DNA of 64,000 nucleotides from a virus (Duplodnaviria; Caudoviricetes): IMG/VR virus record IMGVR_UViG_3300042888_002988, positions 64,001 to 128,000 of that record; one strand, 5' to 3'. Shown piece by piece: positions 17,351 to 26,256 of this stretch (position 1 is its first letter; each line of letters starts with the position of its first letter). The notes under the pieces were generated by a model. It saw only the letters and a program-made list of their open reading frames with translations, ran no database searches and was not told where the DNA came from. The position numbers and the translations under genes were made by a program.

Positions 17351-17982
17351 TACCGATGAACCCGAAACTACTGCAAGCGGTCATGCTGGCCGCCATGTTC
17401 GGTGGTGATCCTCCGGTCCGCAAGGATACGCCGGTCGCCGACGAGAACGAGGACTTCCACGCCCACCTGAAGCGCTGCAAGCAGTGCGCCGATCATCCGT
17501 TTGCGCTCTGCGTGACAGGTGAGCGGCTCATCGAGCTCGCCGCGGAAGCCATCAACAACCCGCCAGCCGGCATATACAAAAAGCAAGAGGGCCTGCTGAC
17601 GAAGCTCGAAGCCTTCCAGGACTGGCCTGAGCGTTACGAATACATCATCGGTTTAGGTAGATCGTTGCCGCAAATGCCGGAAGCTCTGAAAACCCCAGAG
17701 CGTTTGATTAGGGGTTGCCAATCGCAAGTGTGGCTCGACGCCGCGCACGAAGACGGGCGTATCCGTTACGCTGCGGATTCAGACTCGGCCATTACCAAGG
17801 GGATGATCGCACTCTTCGTGCAAGTATTGGACGGTGAAACGCCCGCCGCTGTCAGGACAGCGGACATGAGTTTCATTGACCGCACCAGGCTCAGGGAGCA
17901 CCTCACCCCTAGCCGAGCAAACGCCATCAACTTGATGGTGACTCGAATGAAACAACTCGCCGCAGCGCCACCATGTTCGTAA
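17347..17982 (+). CDS. sufE: SufE-family Fe-S/sulfur-acceptor domain with an N-terminal His/Cys extension
   Basis: DWPERYEYIIGLGRSL...IRGCQSQVW...ADSDSAITKGMIAL...HLTPSRAN is a SufE signature with the catalytic Cys; preceded by HLKRCKQCADHPFALC. Confidence 0.85.
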   Translation: MIPMNPKLLQAVMLAAMFGGDPPVRKDTPVADENEDFHAHLKRCKQCADHPFALCVTGERLIELAAEAINNPPAGIYKKQEGLLTKLEAFQDWPERYEYIIGLGRSLPQMPEALKTPERLIRGCQSQVWLDAAHEDGRIRYAADSDSAITKGMIALFVQVLDGETPAAVRTADMSFIDRTRLREHLTPSRANAINLMVTRMKQLAAAPPCS

Positions 17983-18896
17983 AAGACATCTCCTATCCGC
18001 CGCCAGAAGCAATCCGCAGTCCACAGGCGTGCAAGCAAGTGTTGAACATAGCCGCCGTGGACGCCGGCTCGTATCTGCGGTTCGCCACCGTGCTGCTACA
18101 GGCTCGCTTTGGGTCCCAGCTGTGGGTGACTAAGGATGTCAGCGACGACATGATGGCCGCCGACATCGATCCGGACGAAATCAAGTTCGATGAGGTCGAC
18201 TGGCCAGCGAACCGCATGGAGGTCTACTTCCAGGATCGAGATCTGCCGACGCTACTGGTTGCCCGGTTCTCGAACCGGTCCCAGCGTGTCGAGATCGAGA
18301 AGATGGCACAGGAGTCGCTATTTGCGAAGCCATCGCCTGGTGACGCTCTGGATCCCGACCTGCAGCTGCTGCACGTGCAGGCCGAGGACCACGAGGGCTC
18401 GGTCGTGTCCATGTCGTATACCGCCGAGGACGTCGACCGGTTTGCGGCCGGCGAGGATCTGCATGATGCGTCGAAAGACCATCACGGCATGTCCACCGCC
18501 ATGGACCGGAATGAGGAAGCGGAACTCCGCCGTCTCACCATACTGTTCTACAAGGTGCTGCTGCTCGCCGGCAGCGAGGGTCACTCGATCCGCAGAACCC
18601 GGGACAAGCCCACCAAGAAGGAAGGTGGTAAGGCCGGCTTCAAGAACCGCCCCAACCATGAGCGGCTCATCGTCGAGTACCTGCCCCGACACTTGCAGGA
18701 GCGGCGCAAGGACGCTGAGACTCACACGCGCAAGCATCAGTTCAACGGCCGCCGTGGTCATTGGCGTCGCTTCCGCAGTGAAAAATTCGTCCACAAGCGT
18801 GGTACGCGTAAATTCATCTACCCGATCAACGGGCCCGATGGACAGCCGCCGAAGCGCAAATTCGTAGTCAAGAAACCAACCCCACCAACACCGTGA
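17973..18896 (+). CDS. Hypothetical phage protein with C-terminal basic RRGHWR motif
   Basis: 307 aa; RKHQFNGRRGHWRRFR resembles the H-x-VRGHWR phage motif. Confidence 0.7.
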   Translation: MFVKDISYPPPEAIRSPQACKQVLNIAAVDAGSYLRFATVLLQARFGSQLWVTKDVSDDMMAADIDPDEIKFDEVDWPANRMEVYFQDRDLPTLLVARFSNRSQRVEIEKMAQESLFAKPSPGDALDPDLQLLHVQAEDHEGSVVSMSYTAEDVDRFAAGEDLHDASKDHHGMSTAMDRNEEAELRRLTILFYKVLLLAGSEGHSIRRTRDKPTKKEGGKAGFKNRPNHERLIVEYLPRHLQERRKDAETHTRKHQFNGRRGHWRRFRSEKFVHKRGTRKFIYPINGPDGQPPKRKFVVKKPTPPTP

Positions 18897-19387
18897 ATAT
18901 CGATCCATCCAAATACATCGCAGCAGAGGAGCCTGCCGTAAGGCCTTACAACCACGCCACCGACAGCGACCTCGTCGAGGATTACATGACCGAAATCCGC
19001 CGGTTGGGCTTCGTCATGGGAGACAGCCCGCGGATGATGGAATTCATCACCGTGGATTACGACATCACCGTCGCGCGCAGCCTGGTCTTCCCGGAGCGCC
19101 CGGAGGTGGCCGTGTTCCACTTGGAAGTGGATACGCCCATCGGCAAGATGCATGTGACATCTATGATGCTGTTCGGTGTGGACGACCAGAACGTCCTGTG
19201 GTTCTCGGAGCACGGCGGCTACGTCACAGCGGCCAACCACATCGCCATGAAGCGCGAGATGAAGAAGGCGCTCACGGAAACATTCGGCGAGGACTTCATG
19301 CAGAATATCATGAAGCGCGCCAAGGAGGGTAACATGCCACCGCCGGACGAGGGCGACTGGTGGAAGAACGGAGGCGACCCTCCGTGA
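18893..19387 (+). CDS. Hypothetical protein
   Basis: GTGA overlap; 164 aa. Confidence 0.7.
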   Translation: MNIDPSKYIAAEEPAVRPYNHATDSDLVEDYMTEIRRLGFVMGDSPRMMEFITVDYDITVARSLVFPERPEVAVFHLEVDTPIGKMHVTSMMLFGVDDQNVLWFSEHGGYVTAANHIAMKREMKKALTETFGEDFMQNIMKRAKEGNMPPPDEGDWWKNGGDPP

Positions 19388-19578
19388 AGACACTGCCGCT
19401 ATGGCCTGGCGCCCACCTGACCGAGGACAACCTCTGCGGCATTGCCGAGGAGATCGTAAAGGATCCAACTTGGAAGATCAGCCCGGCGTTCGGTGCCGGG
19501 TGCTGTCGGCCTCTATTCAATGAGGCTCGGGAGCGTATCCTGCGCGAGCGTGCAATTCTGGCGTCTGGCGGGTCATAA
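19384..19578 (+). CDS. Small hypothetical protein
   Basis: GTG 19384 overlaps the previous stop. Confidence 0.45.
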   Translation: MKTLPLWPGAHLTEDNLCGIAEEIVKDPTWKISPAFGAGCCRPLFNEARERILRERAILASGGS

Positions 19579-19590
19579 TGGTTTACTATG
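19551..19590 (+). promoter_or_regulatory. Class A phage promoter-like motif
   Basis: TGCAAT-N17-CATAAT-GGTTTACT-ATG(19588). Confidence 0.75.
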
Positions 19591-20175
19591 GAAACCAACA
19601 CCAAAGACATCACGCATGCTCTCGACAAAATCGCAGAGTGTGCCCGGAACCTGAAGGCAGTCACGACCACCGTTCACACCACGGACTATCGGCACAACAT
19701 CTTTCAACTGGCCTACAACGCCGGTCGGCTCTCGGAGCTGACTGGTGAGGGCCGGAAGATCTATGACGAGCTGAAACCGGAGATTGCGAGCGGCCTACTC
19801 AGCGGCTGGAACACCATCGAGAACGTCATCGTGCCCCAGTGGCGCGAGAAGTTCCTGAAGGCACAGATGGATCCGGATCGTCAGCTGCACTTCGCCTCCT
19901 ACAGAATAGACAGGCGGGACCGCGAAGACCGCGTAATGATTCTGGAGAAGATCGAAGGCGGCTACTACGCTCGCATCGACGGTGCCTTTTTGAATCACGG
20001 CAATGATCGCAACGGCACTGTCCTGATGGACGGTGTCGTTGCGATCGGTCGGTTCAAGGATGGCGCAGCCGAACTACTGGGCCTCCCTGAGTGCCCTCGG
20101 TTCTTCGACACTCACGAGCAGACTTACGATCTAGTCGCGGAGGAGCTTGAAGAGACGCCGGTAACGCTCCACTAA
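19588..20175 (+). CDS. Hypothetical protein
   Basis: 195 aa; class A motif upstream and hairpin downstream. Confidence 0.75.
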   Translation: METNTKDITHALDKIAECARNLKAVTTTVHTTDYRHNIFQLAYNAGRLSELTGEGRKIYDELKPEIASGLLSGWNTIENVIVPQWREKFLKAQMDPDRQLHFASYRIDRRDREDRVMILEKIEGGYYARIDGAFLNHGNDRNGTVLMDGVVAIGRFKDGAAELLGLPECPRFFDTHEQTYDLVAEELEETPVTLH

Positions 20176-20180
20176 TCGGT

Positions 20181-20225
20181 TTGCAGCTGCTGGCTCCTAC
20201 GGGGGCCGGCGGCTGCAATTCTTTA
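20181..20225 (+). terminator. Terminator hairpin overlapping the next promoter
   Basis: 17-bp stem (20181-20197 with 20202-20218, three G-U pairs), C-TACG-G UNCG-type tetraloop, then TTCTTTA. Confidence 0.75.
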
Positions 20226-20253
20226 CCTGGGTGGGTCATAATGATTTACTATG
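20214..20253 (+). promoter_or_regulatory. Class A phage promoter-like motif
   Basis: TGCAAT-N17-CATAAT-GATTTACT-ATG(20251). Confidence 0.75.
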
Positions 20254-20520
20254 AACCAAACCATTGAAATTAGTATCACCGAAAAGGCCCTCCTCGACGC
20301 AGTCATTGAAAACGCGACTTTGCGCCTCGAAAGAGCACGAGTCGTGACAACCGTGGACTACATGAAGATGGCGTGCGAGGATGCCATCGCGGAGACCATC
20401 GCGGAGACAAAGAAAGAAGCTGAAGCGCGCTACGAAAAGTTGCTGGAACTGATGACGAGGCCCGCACCGGCACCCGCCAAGAAGGCGCCCGCCAAGAAGG
20501 TAGCCGCCAAGAAGGTCTAG
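20251..20520 (+). CDS. Small protein with histone H1-like PAKK tail
   Basis: C-terminus PAPAPAKKAPAKKVAAKKV. Confidence 0.7.
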   Translation: MNQTIEISITEKALLDAVIENATLRLERARVVTTVDYMKMACEDAIAETIAETKKEAEARYEKLLELMTRPAPAPAKKAPAKKVAAKKV

Positions 20521-20528
20521 TTGACGAT

Positions 20529-20573
20529 AGAATTGCACCTCAGCCCCGCGAGGGGTTGTTGTGCAATTCTTTA
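20529..20573 (+). terminator. Terminator-like hairpin overlapping the next promoter
   Basis: Perfect AGAATTGCAC/GTGCAATTCT inverted repeat enclosing CAGCCCC-GCGA-GGGGTTG (GNRA loop), followed by TTT. Confidence 0.65.
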
Positions 20574-20601
20574 CCTGGTTGTGCCATAATGGATTGCTAT
20601 G
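20562..20601 (+). promoter_or_regulatory. Class A phage promoter-like motif
   Basis: TGCAAT-N17-CATAAT-GGATTGCT-ATG(20599); shares the 17-mer TGCAATTCTTTACCTGG with the 20214 copy. Confidence 0.75.
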
Positions 20602-20883
20602 AGCGCAACCATTACGCCGACCGCGCAAGCGGAGGCCAAGAAAGTTCCACAAGTGTATGTCGATCTCACCACCATCGGCGAACAGCTGGATGAGGTGGAG
20701 CGGCGTATGCGAGCTACTGTATTCGGCGCGGAAAAACGCCTGGGACTGGAAAACGTCCTCAAGTCTTTCCGCTTGATGGCGACCGCGCAGGAAGCCCTGC
20801 GCGAGCTGTCGGTCACGGTCCACCCGATGCCTCCCATGAAGGAGCCGTCGGTGGAGGAGTTGATGGCCGGAGGCTACATGTGA
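20599..20883 (+). CDS. Small helical hypothetical protein
   Basis: 94 aa, between a class A motif and a terminator. Confidence 0.7.
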   Translation: MSATITPTAQAEAKKVPQVYVDLTTIGEQLDEVERRMRATVFGAEKRLGLENVLKSFRLMATAQEALRELSVTVHPMPPMKEPSVEELMAGGYM

Positions 20884-20894
20884 TCCACAGCACG

Positions 20895-20933
20895 CACTGC
20901 CCGGGGTGACCTGGGCAGTGTGGTAGCTTTTTT
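20895..20933 (+). terminator. Rho-independent terminator
   Basis: CACTGCCCGG-GGTGA-CCTGGGCAGTG hairpin with a T run a few nt downstream. Confidence 0.6.
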
Positions 20934-20939
20934 ACGTGA

Positions 20940-20977
20940 TTGCCCTGAGCAAAAAGTCAAGGTATGCTCCGCCCGTG
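20940..20977 (+). promoter_or_regulatory. Sigma70-like promoter, leaderless geometry
   Basis: TTGCCC-N17-TATGCT-N6-GTG(20975), in frame with the 969-aa ORF. Confidence 0.55.
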
Positions 20978-23845
20978 CCGAATGATCCCGAATCCTTAGG
21001 AACCGGTATTGGACCGCTGTTGGCGGATCTGATTCCGCTGATGCCGTCTGGGGCGCGCCGAGCCGGTGCCGCCAGGGTGATGGCCGCCCGCGTGGGACGA
21101 GATCCTTCCGTCCTCATCGACCAACCCCGTATCACGCAGCTGCTGGCCTTGGGGCTGGGAGCCGTCGGCGGTGCCTACACGCAGGGGCAGAGCACGCCGG
21201 TGCGGCTGGCCGCCATCGCCGGCCCCCTGACCCTGGTGCAGCTACTGCGCCGCATGGAGCTCGGCAGCATCCAGAAGTCCTACGACACCGACAAGCGCAA
21301 GCGCCTGCGGGAGTTGGACGAGAAGGCGCTGCTCGACAGTCCCGGGTGGTTCGGCACCAACGGCAGCACGAGGCTCGGGGCGGTCAGCGCCTACGAGACG
21401 ATGCGCGACCGCAAATACAAGGGCTACAGCTCGCTGGCCGAAGCTGGCGATGCGCTGCACCTGGCGGCCGGCGGCTTGCATCCCGGATTCGCGCTGCCCA
21501 TGTCGACGCTCGTCAGCATTCTCGACAACAAGGAGGCTCAGGGTATGCGTGACCTGAGCAAGCAGGCTGAGTTCACCGACCAGCGCAACATGCCGGCCAT
21601 CCCGCTCTACCTGGCCGCCGCACTTGCCGGTTCCGCCGGTCTGGTGGGGGCACGCCACGTGGCGATCAACGAAGGGCGGAACACTGCGCCTCTCGGCACT
21701 GAGAACTGGGCGGGAATGATCGGCCGCGTCTCCGGCACCGAGCCGATGATGCTGGCCACCCAGGGTAACGATAACGCATTTTTTTACAAGCCACGCACTC
21801 AGCGTGAAGCGTTGAGCTTCCTCAACAACTACGCGACCGGACTGCAGGATGTCACGTCCTACGCAGGTGGCCCGCGCCGCGGCGATTACGGGCAGCGGAT
21901 GGACCAGGTGAACCGTCTGATGCGCGCAGGGGTAATCGTCGCCGACGACACGGCCGGCGCGCCCACAATCGCCCACGAGGCAGGGCACGCCAAGATCGAG
22001 GAGACCCCGGGCATCCTCCGGGCCCTGCAGCGTCACGTCTACCCTCACCAGAGCTGGATCGCTCCGCTCGCCGGTGCTGGATCCATGGCCGCCGGCCTCG
22101 CCAGTGGCAGCGCGCTGAAGGGTGGACTGCTGGGCACGGGGATCGGCGCACTGGCAGGCCTCGGACACCTTGGACCTGAGGCCGGAGCCAGCTACCACGC
22201 GATGAGAGGCCTCGGCGGCGGCACCCTGACGACCGAGGGCAAGAAGGACCTACTGGCCGCGCTGTCCACTTACCTTGCGTTCAACGTCCTGCCGAGTACG
22301 CTCTCAGGAGTGGCCGGCGGCTGGATCTCCGGGCGACGTAAAAAGAAGCGCGAGGCGGAAGAGGAAGGCGTCGAAAAAGCGGCCGGCGGCGCGTGGCGTA
22401 AGTTGCTGAACATCGGCAAAGTTTTCAAAGCTCAAGGGGGCAACCTTGAACACTTGGGTTCCGGTCAGAATTTGGCGGCACTGAAGCAAACAATGGGGCA
22501 AACCATGCGGGCTCCGGCGACTGACAAAATCGGGCAACGCGTAATGCAGCAAGAGCGCAACGCGATGAACGCAGCTAGGGCACCGTATCGCGGGGACGAC
22601 GACGCTATGAAGGCTTTTGTCGACAGCACCCGGCAGCGTTCCTCCCACGAGCGATTATTCGACCGGTTTGGTCAGGATATGCCGTCATTCAACGAAGGTA
22701 GCCGGGTATTCCGCGGCACGGTCGGAGGTAACCCTTGGGGAGGTGGCGCCTACAACGGCGCATTTCAATACGCCGCTCCCACACCAGCCGGCGCTGCTTT
22801 TTATGGTCGCCAGCCAGCTTCTTTCTTGGCGCCAGAAGCGCGCGGAATACTATCCTCACGCTCGCACTTGGAAACCATTCATCACTACGGGGCGGGGCCA
22901 AATCAGAAAATGTGGCAACCATGGGGACCGGAGGACGCCATCACATCGTCAGCCAAAAACCGCGCGCGGATACTTCGGGACGGGCCTGGCACATTCGGAG
23001 GCAACGCAGAGACTGCGGTGATGCAACAGCATAATCCCTATCTCGGCACAGCGCTGAGAGCTACGAGCCGTGATGGCGCATACGGCGCCGCCAAGTTTTT
23101 CCCCGCCGGTCGCCCCGGACAAGCGGCGCAGAACTACGTCGGGCAAATCTCGCAGGGCGTGAAGATGGCACCGGACGGAACGCTGCAGACAGCGCAGCAG
23201 CAGGTGTCCGGCCTGAACACGACACCGTGGCAGGCATCAGTGGACGCCAGTCCGTCACTCAGTCGCTTGCAGAGTCGCAATCCGGTGGCGTTTCAGGGGG
23301 TGATGAATCGCCGGGCTGATCGCATGCTGGGTCCTAGCGGATTCGAGAAGGCGTCCGCCTGGGACCCCCGAAAAATGTGGGAGGTGCTCAGTCGCATCCA
23401 GTCACACAACATGTCCGGCAACCTGGCCGACGAATACGTCAAGGGCATTTTCGGCGTGCACTACAAGCCGCTGAAGCGTGGCTTCAGTAAACTGCCGCTG
23501 GATGTCCAGCAGGCCGCCAAGCTTCCCCTACCGCCAGCACCCGTCCCCATGCTTCCGCCGGCCGCGCCAGCGCAGGGACTGCTCGACCTGTTCAAGCAAG
23601 GGGCGCATCCGGCCCTACCCATGCTGCTGGAGGCCAAAAGACATTCCGACGCCAAGCGCTACGACATCAAGAATCGCTACATCCGCCAAAACATGCGCCG
23701 CGACCCGGACTCGTGGATCGTGGATTCGGACGACGGTAAAGGTATCGTCGGCGTCACGCACACTCCAACCGGGTTCCGTCTGCACATGCTGAAAAGTGTG
23801 GTGGATCCGGACGTTTTGAAATATCATAATGCCGTCGCACCATGA
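20975..23845 (+). CDS. KxA-delimited polyprotein: membrane module, membrane zincin, ART-like module, C-terminal small domain
   Basis: AHEAGH (His at 21974-21988) with later EAGAS between Gly-rich hydrophobic helices; RVFRG...FQYAAPTPAGAAFYG...AETAV; boundaries LSKQA, VEKAA, FEKAS, LFKQG. Start moved from track 20936 to GTG 20975 on promoter geometry. Confidence 0.8.
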   Translation: MPNDPESLGTGIGPLLADLIPLMPSGARRAGAARVMAARVGRDPSVLIDQPRITQLLALGLGAVGGAYTQGQSTPVRLAAIAGPLTLVQLLRRMELGSIQKSYDTDKRKRLRELDEKALLDSPGWFGTNGSTRLGAVSAYETMRDRKYKGYSSLAEAGDALHLAAGGLHPGFALPMSTLVSILDNKEAQGMRDLSKQAEFTDQRNMPAIPLYLAAALAGSAGLVGARHVAINEGRNTAPLGTENWAGMIGRVSGTEPMMLATQGNDNAFFYKPRTQREALSFLNNYATGLQDVTSYAGGPRRGDYGQRMDQVNRLMRAGVIVADDTAGAPTIAHEAGHAKIEETPGILRALQRHVYPHQSWIAPLAGAGSMAAGLASGSALKGGLLGTGIGALAGLGHLGPEAGASYHAMRGLGGGTLTTEGKKDLLAALSTYLAFNVLPSTLSGVAGGWISGRRKKKREAEEEGVEKAAGGAWRKLLNIGKVFKAQGGNLEHLGSGQNLAALKQTMGQTMRAPATDKIGQRVMQQERNAMNAARAPYRGDDDAMKAFVDSTRQRSSHERLFDRFGQDMPSFNEGSRVFRGTVGGNPWGGGAYNGAFQYAAPTPAGAAFYGRQPASFLAPEARGILSSRSHLETIHHYGAGPNQKMWQPWGPEDAITSSAKNRARILRDGPGTFGGNAETAVMQQHNPYLGTALRATSRDGAYGAAKFFPAGRPGQAAQNYVGQISQGVKMAPDGTLQTAQQQVSGLNTTPWQASVDASPSLSRLQSRNPVAFQGVMNRRADRMLGPSGFEKASAWDPRKMWEVLSRIQSHNMSGNLADEYVKGIFGVHYKPLKRGFSKLPLDVQQAAKLPLPPAPVPMLPPAAPAQGLLDLFKQGAHPALPMLLEAKRHSDAKRYDIKNRYIRQNMRRDPDSWIVDSDDGKGIVGVTHTPTGFRLHMLKSVVDPDVLKYHNAVAP

Positions 23846-26256
23846 GTAGCCTCGTTTTACCATCCGTCGCCCCACGCCCCGCTGATCCCGCCGGAGACTG
23901 GCGGTGGGGTGTCCCCGCGCTGGCCGCCGGAGCTGCCGGTACAGGCCTGGCCGCCAACAAGGTGTATGCCGACAGTATGGAGATCCAGCGCAAGATGGAC
24001 GCGTGGCTGCAGCAGACTGGTGCCATCGCCGCCTCGGGCCAACGGAACCCAGTGCAGGGCATGCGCGCGGTGGAGAACTACGTCCGCGGCGGGCAGGACG
24101 TCATCCAGTCGCGTATTCTCGGAATGCCCATTCCGCACTGGCTGATGCAGGCCAGCGTCCCGCTGCGAGGCATGGGCGGAGAGAACGGCATGCAGGGACC
24201 TTCTGCTTATGTGAAATCCATGATGGGCAAGTTGCTGGGCGACAAGAACGCGCAACTCCCCCAGGCAAACCGGGTGATGCACGATCACTACTCCCAGTTC
24301 GCGAAAGGTGACCCAGCCGACCTGCGTCGCTACATGCAGACCAAGTTCCTTGATCGCAAAAGTCTCAGTCCGATCGCGCTTGATATCGTCGACGACGGGG
24401 CGCTGTCCGTGACCGAGAAGCTGAGAAAGCTGCGTGCGCACGACCCAGGCGCCCACAAGGCATTCTACGAGCATCTCAGCGACCTACCGGAGATCCTGGG
24501 CGGCAAAGCCTACGGACCCGGCAACATACGTGGCGGACTGACCGATGTGTATCGCACGTCGCTGCTGCCAAAACTGTTCGGCACCATGCGGACGGCCAAA
24601 GCCACAGGGCGCCTCGCTGTGCCGGTGGCCGCGCTGGCCGGCGCCGCAGGGCTGTGGCAGAACAGGGACAAGCTGTCGGAGATGGGCAAGCAGGCCGCGT
24701 CTTCGGATTCTGATTTTGGTCCGCTCCATGCGCTCGCGGCAGGTGGAGCTATGCCGCTCGCCCTATCAGGTATCGGCGATATCCGCCGGCCGCTGGAGGT
24801 CGGGTTGTCGTATGGAACGATGCCGGACATCGGCGACGGGCACAAGACACCCGCGAAATCACTCGAGGCGATGCTCAGCGAACTGCGCATGCGTCAAGGC
24901 ACCCCGAGGTTCAATGTCACGCACGCGGTGCGCGACAACATTGGCTGGGTGAATCCTGAACTCAACAAGAAGCGCTTCGACGCCATGATCGACACCGGTT
25001 GGGGCGCAGTCAATCCGCCAGGCTGGGGACAGGGCGCTTCGCCGTATGCACGCCACGCGCGGGCCGGCGCTCCTGACGTTCCGATCCGCGTGAGCACCGG
25101 CGGACTTATCGGCGTGCAGACCGACCTCGGAGACCTCGGTATGCCGGGTAACGCGGGGCACTTGTCGCGCCACACCGGCACGGGGGTGAAAGATTCCATC
25201 GCCAGGGCCTTGGGCTTTTCTGATCGCTTCGTTTCCTACGATCCCAATCCCGAGAAGCTGCGGGCGTCACAGCCATTGCTATCGAAGATGAAGTTGGAGC
25301 ATATGGGACGCAACGGCTTCCCCACCATGACGCCGTCTGCGCTCAAAACGCTGAAGGATCTGCAGGGCACGTCCCGCGAGCAACTGATCGCTGAGATGCT
25401 GGATGCCCCGGGTGTCGTCAACGGCAAGAACCGTCAGCTGCTCGGAAACTTGGACGGCCGCCAGCTCTACGCCATCACCGGTTCGGGTCGCGGCGACCAG
25501 GTCGCATACAAAGCGTTGCAGATGCAGAAGCACTTCGAGCGGCTCGGACTGGCCGACAAGTATCGAGTGGTGGCCATGCTGGGCAATAGCGCCGAAGACA
25601 ACCCTCTCGCACAGAAGGTCATGGCGCACCCAGACATCGCGGCCTTCGGTCGTATGCCTCAGCGCTACTACATCGGCCTCCCCGGAAAGTCGAACTTCCA
25701 CAACGCTTCCAGCGGCACGTCTGCAATGATGGAAGCGCTCGGCACCGATGCACACCTGATCTTCCACCCGCGTCAAGCAGAGGTGAAGCAGCGTGAGTTG
25801 CGTGCGCTGGGTAGGTCCAAGTTCAACGATCCGGGTAAAAACGACTGGGGACTTCGCGACGTCAAACCGCACAGCGGCTACAAGAACCCCGAAAAGATCG
25901 AGGAGTTGATGCATCGCATTCAGCGCGTGGATCTGGATACTTGGAACAAGGGCAACAAGGAATACGCGTTCCGTATGCCAGGCGTGTCCGCTGCCAACCA
26001 TCCCAACGAGATCATGGACATCCTGCGCAACCCGGCGTTGATGGGCGATGAGGCGAACGGCGTTCGTGCGGCGAGGGCCAAGTTCCTGACCGACGCCACC
26101 GAGCAGTCGCGTGGGGCAACCAAAGACTTCCTCCACAACTTCCTCCGTGAGCGTCGCACCTTCGCAAACCTGAAGGGCGCAGGCAAGCTGACTGGTGCCG
26201 CCGGCCTGCTGAGCCTGGCTGGTCTGCCGTTCATGACCAAGAGAACGGAAGAGTGA
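23842..26256 (+). CDS. KxA-delimited two-module protein; C-terminal GT-B glycosyltransferase (GT28/MGDG-synthase/UgtP-like) with membrane anchors
   Basis: After MGKQA (24682-24696): YGTMPDIGDGHKTPAKSL (GxGH), LYAITGSGRG, RVVAMLGN, FGRMP and SSGTSAMMEALGTDAHLIFHP, the GT-B nucleotide-sugar binding signature; hydrophobic Gly/Ala helices flank both modules. Confidence 0.7.
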   Translation: MSSLVLPSVAPRPADPAGDWRWGVPALAAGAAGTGLAANKVYADSMEIQRKMDAWLQQTGAIAASGQRNPVQGMRAVENYVRGGQDVIQSRILGMPIPHWLMQASVPLRGMGGENGMQGPSAYVKSMMGKLLGDKNAQLPQANRVMHDHYSQFAKGDPADLRRYMQTKFLDRKSLSPIALDIVDDGALSVTEKLRKLRAHDPGAHKAFYEHLSDLPEILGGKAYGPGNIRGGLTDVYRTSLLPKLFGTMRTAKATGRLAVPVAALAGAAGLWQNRDKLSEMGKQAASSDSDFGPLHALAAGGAMPLALSGIGDIRRPLEVGLSYGTMPDIGDGHKTPAKSLEAMLSELRMRQGTPRFNVTHAVRDNIGWVNPELNKKRFDAMIDTGWGAVNPPGWGQGASPYARHARAGAPDVPIRVSTGGLIGVQTDLGDLGMPGNAGHLSRHTGTGVKDSIARALGFSDRFVSYDPNPEKLRASQPLLSKMKLEHMGRNGFPTMTPSALKTLKDLQGTSREQLIAEMLDAPGVVNGKNRQLLGNLDGRQLYAITGSGRGDQVAYKALQMQKHFERLGLADKYRVVAMLGNSAEDNPLAQKVMAHPDIAAFGRMPQRYYIGLPGKSNFHNASSGTSAMMEALGTDAHLIFHPRQAEVKQRELRALGRSKFNDPGKNDWGLRDVKPHSGYKNPEKIEELMHRIQRVDLDTWNKGNKEYAFRMPGVSAANHPNEIMDILRNPALMGDEANGVRAARAKFLTDATEQSRGATKDFLHNFLRERRTFANLKGAGKLTGAAGLLSLAGLPFMTKRTEE

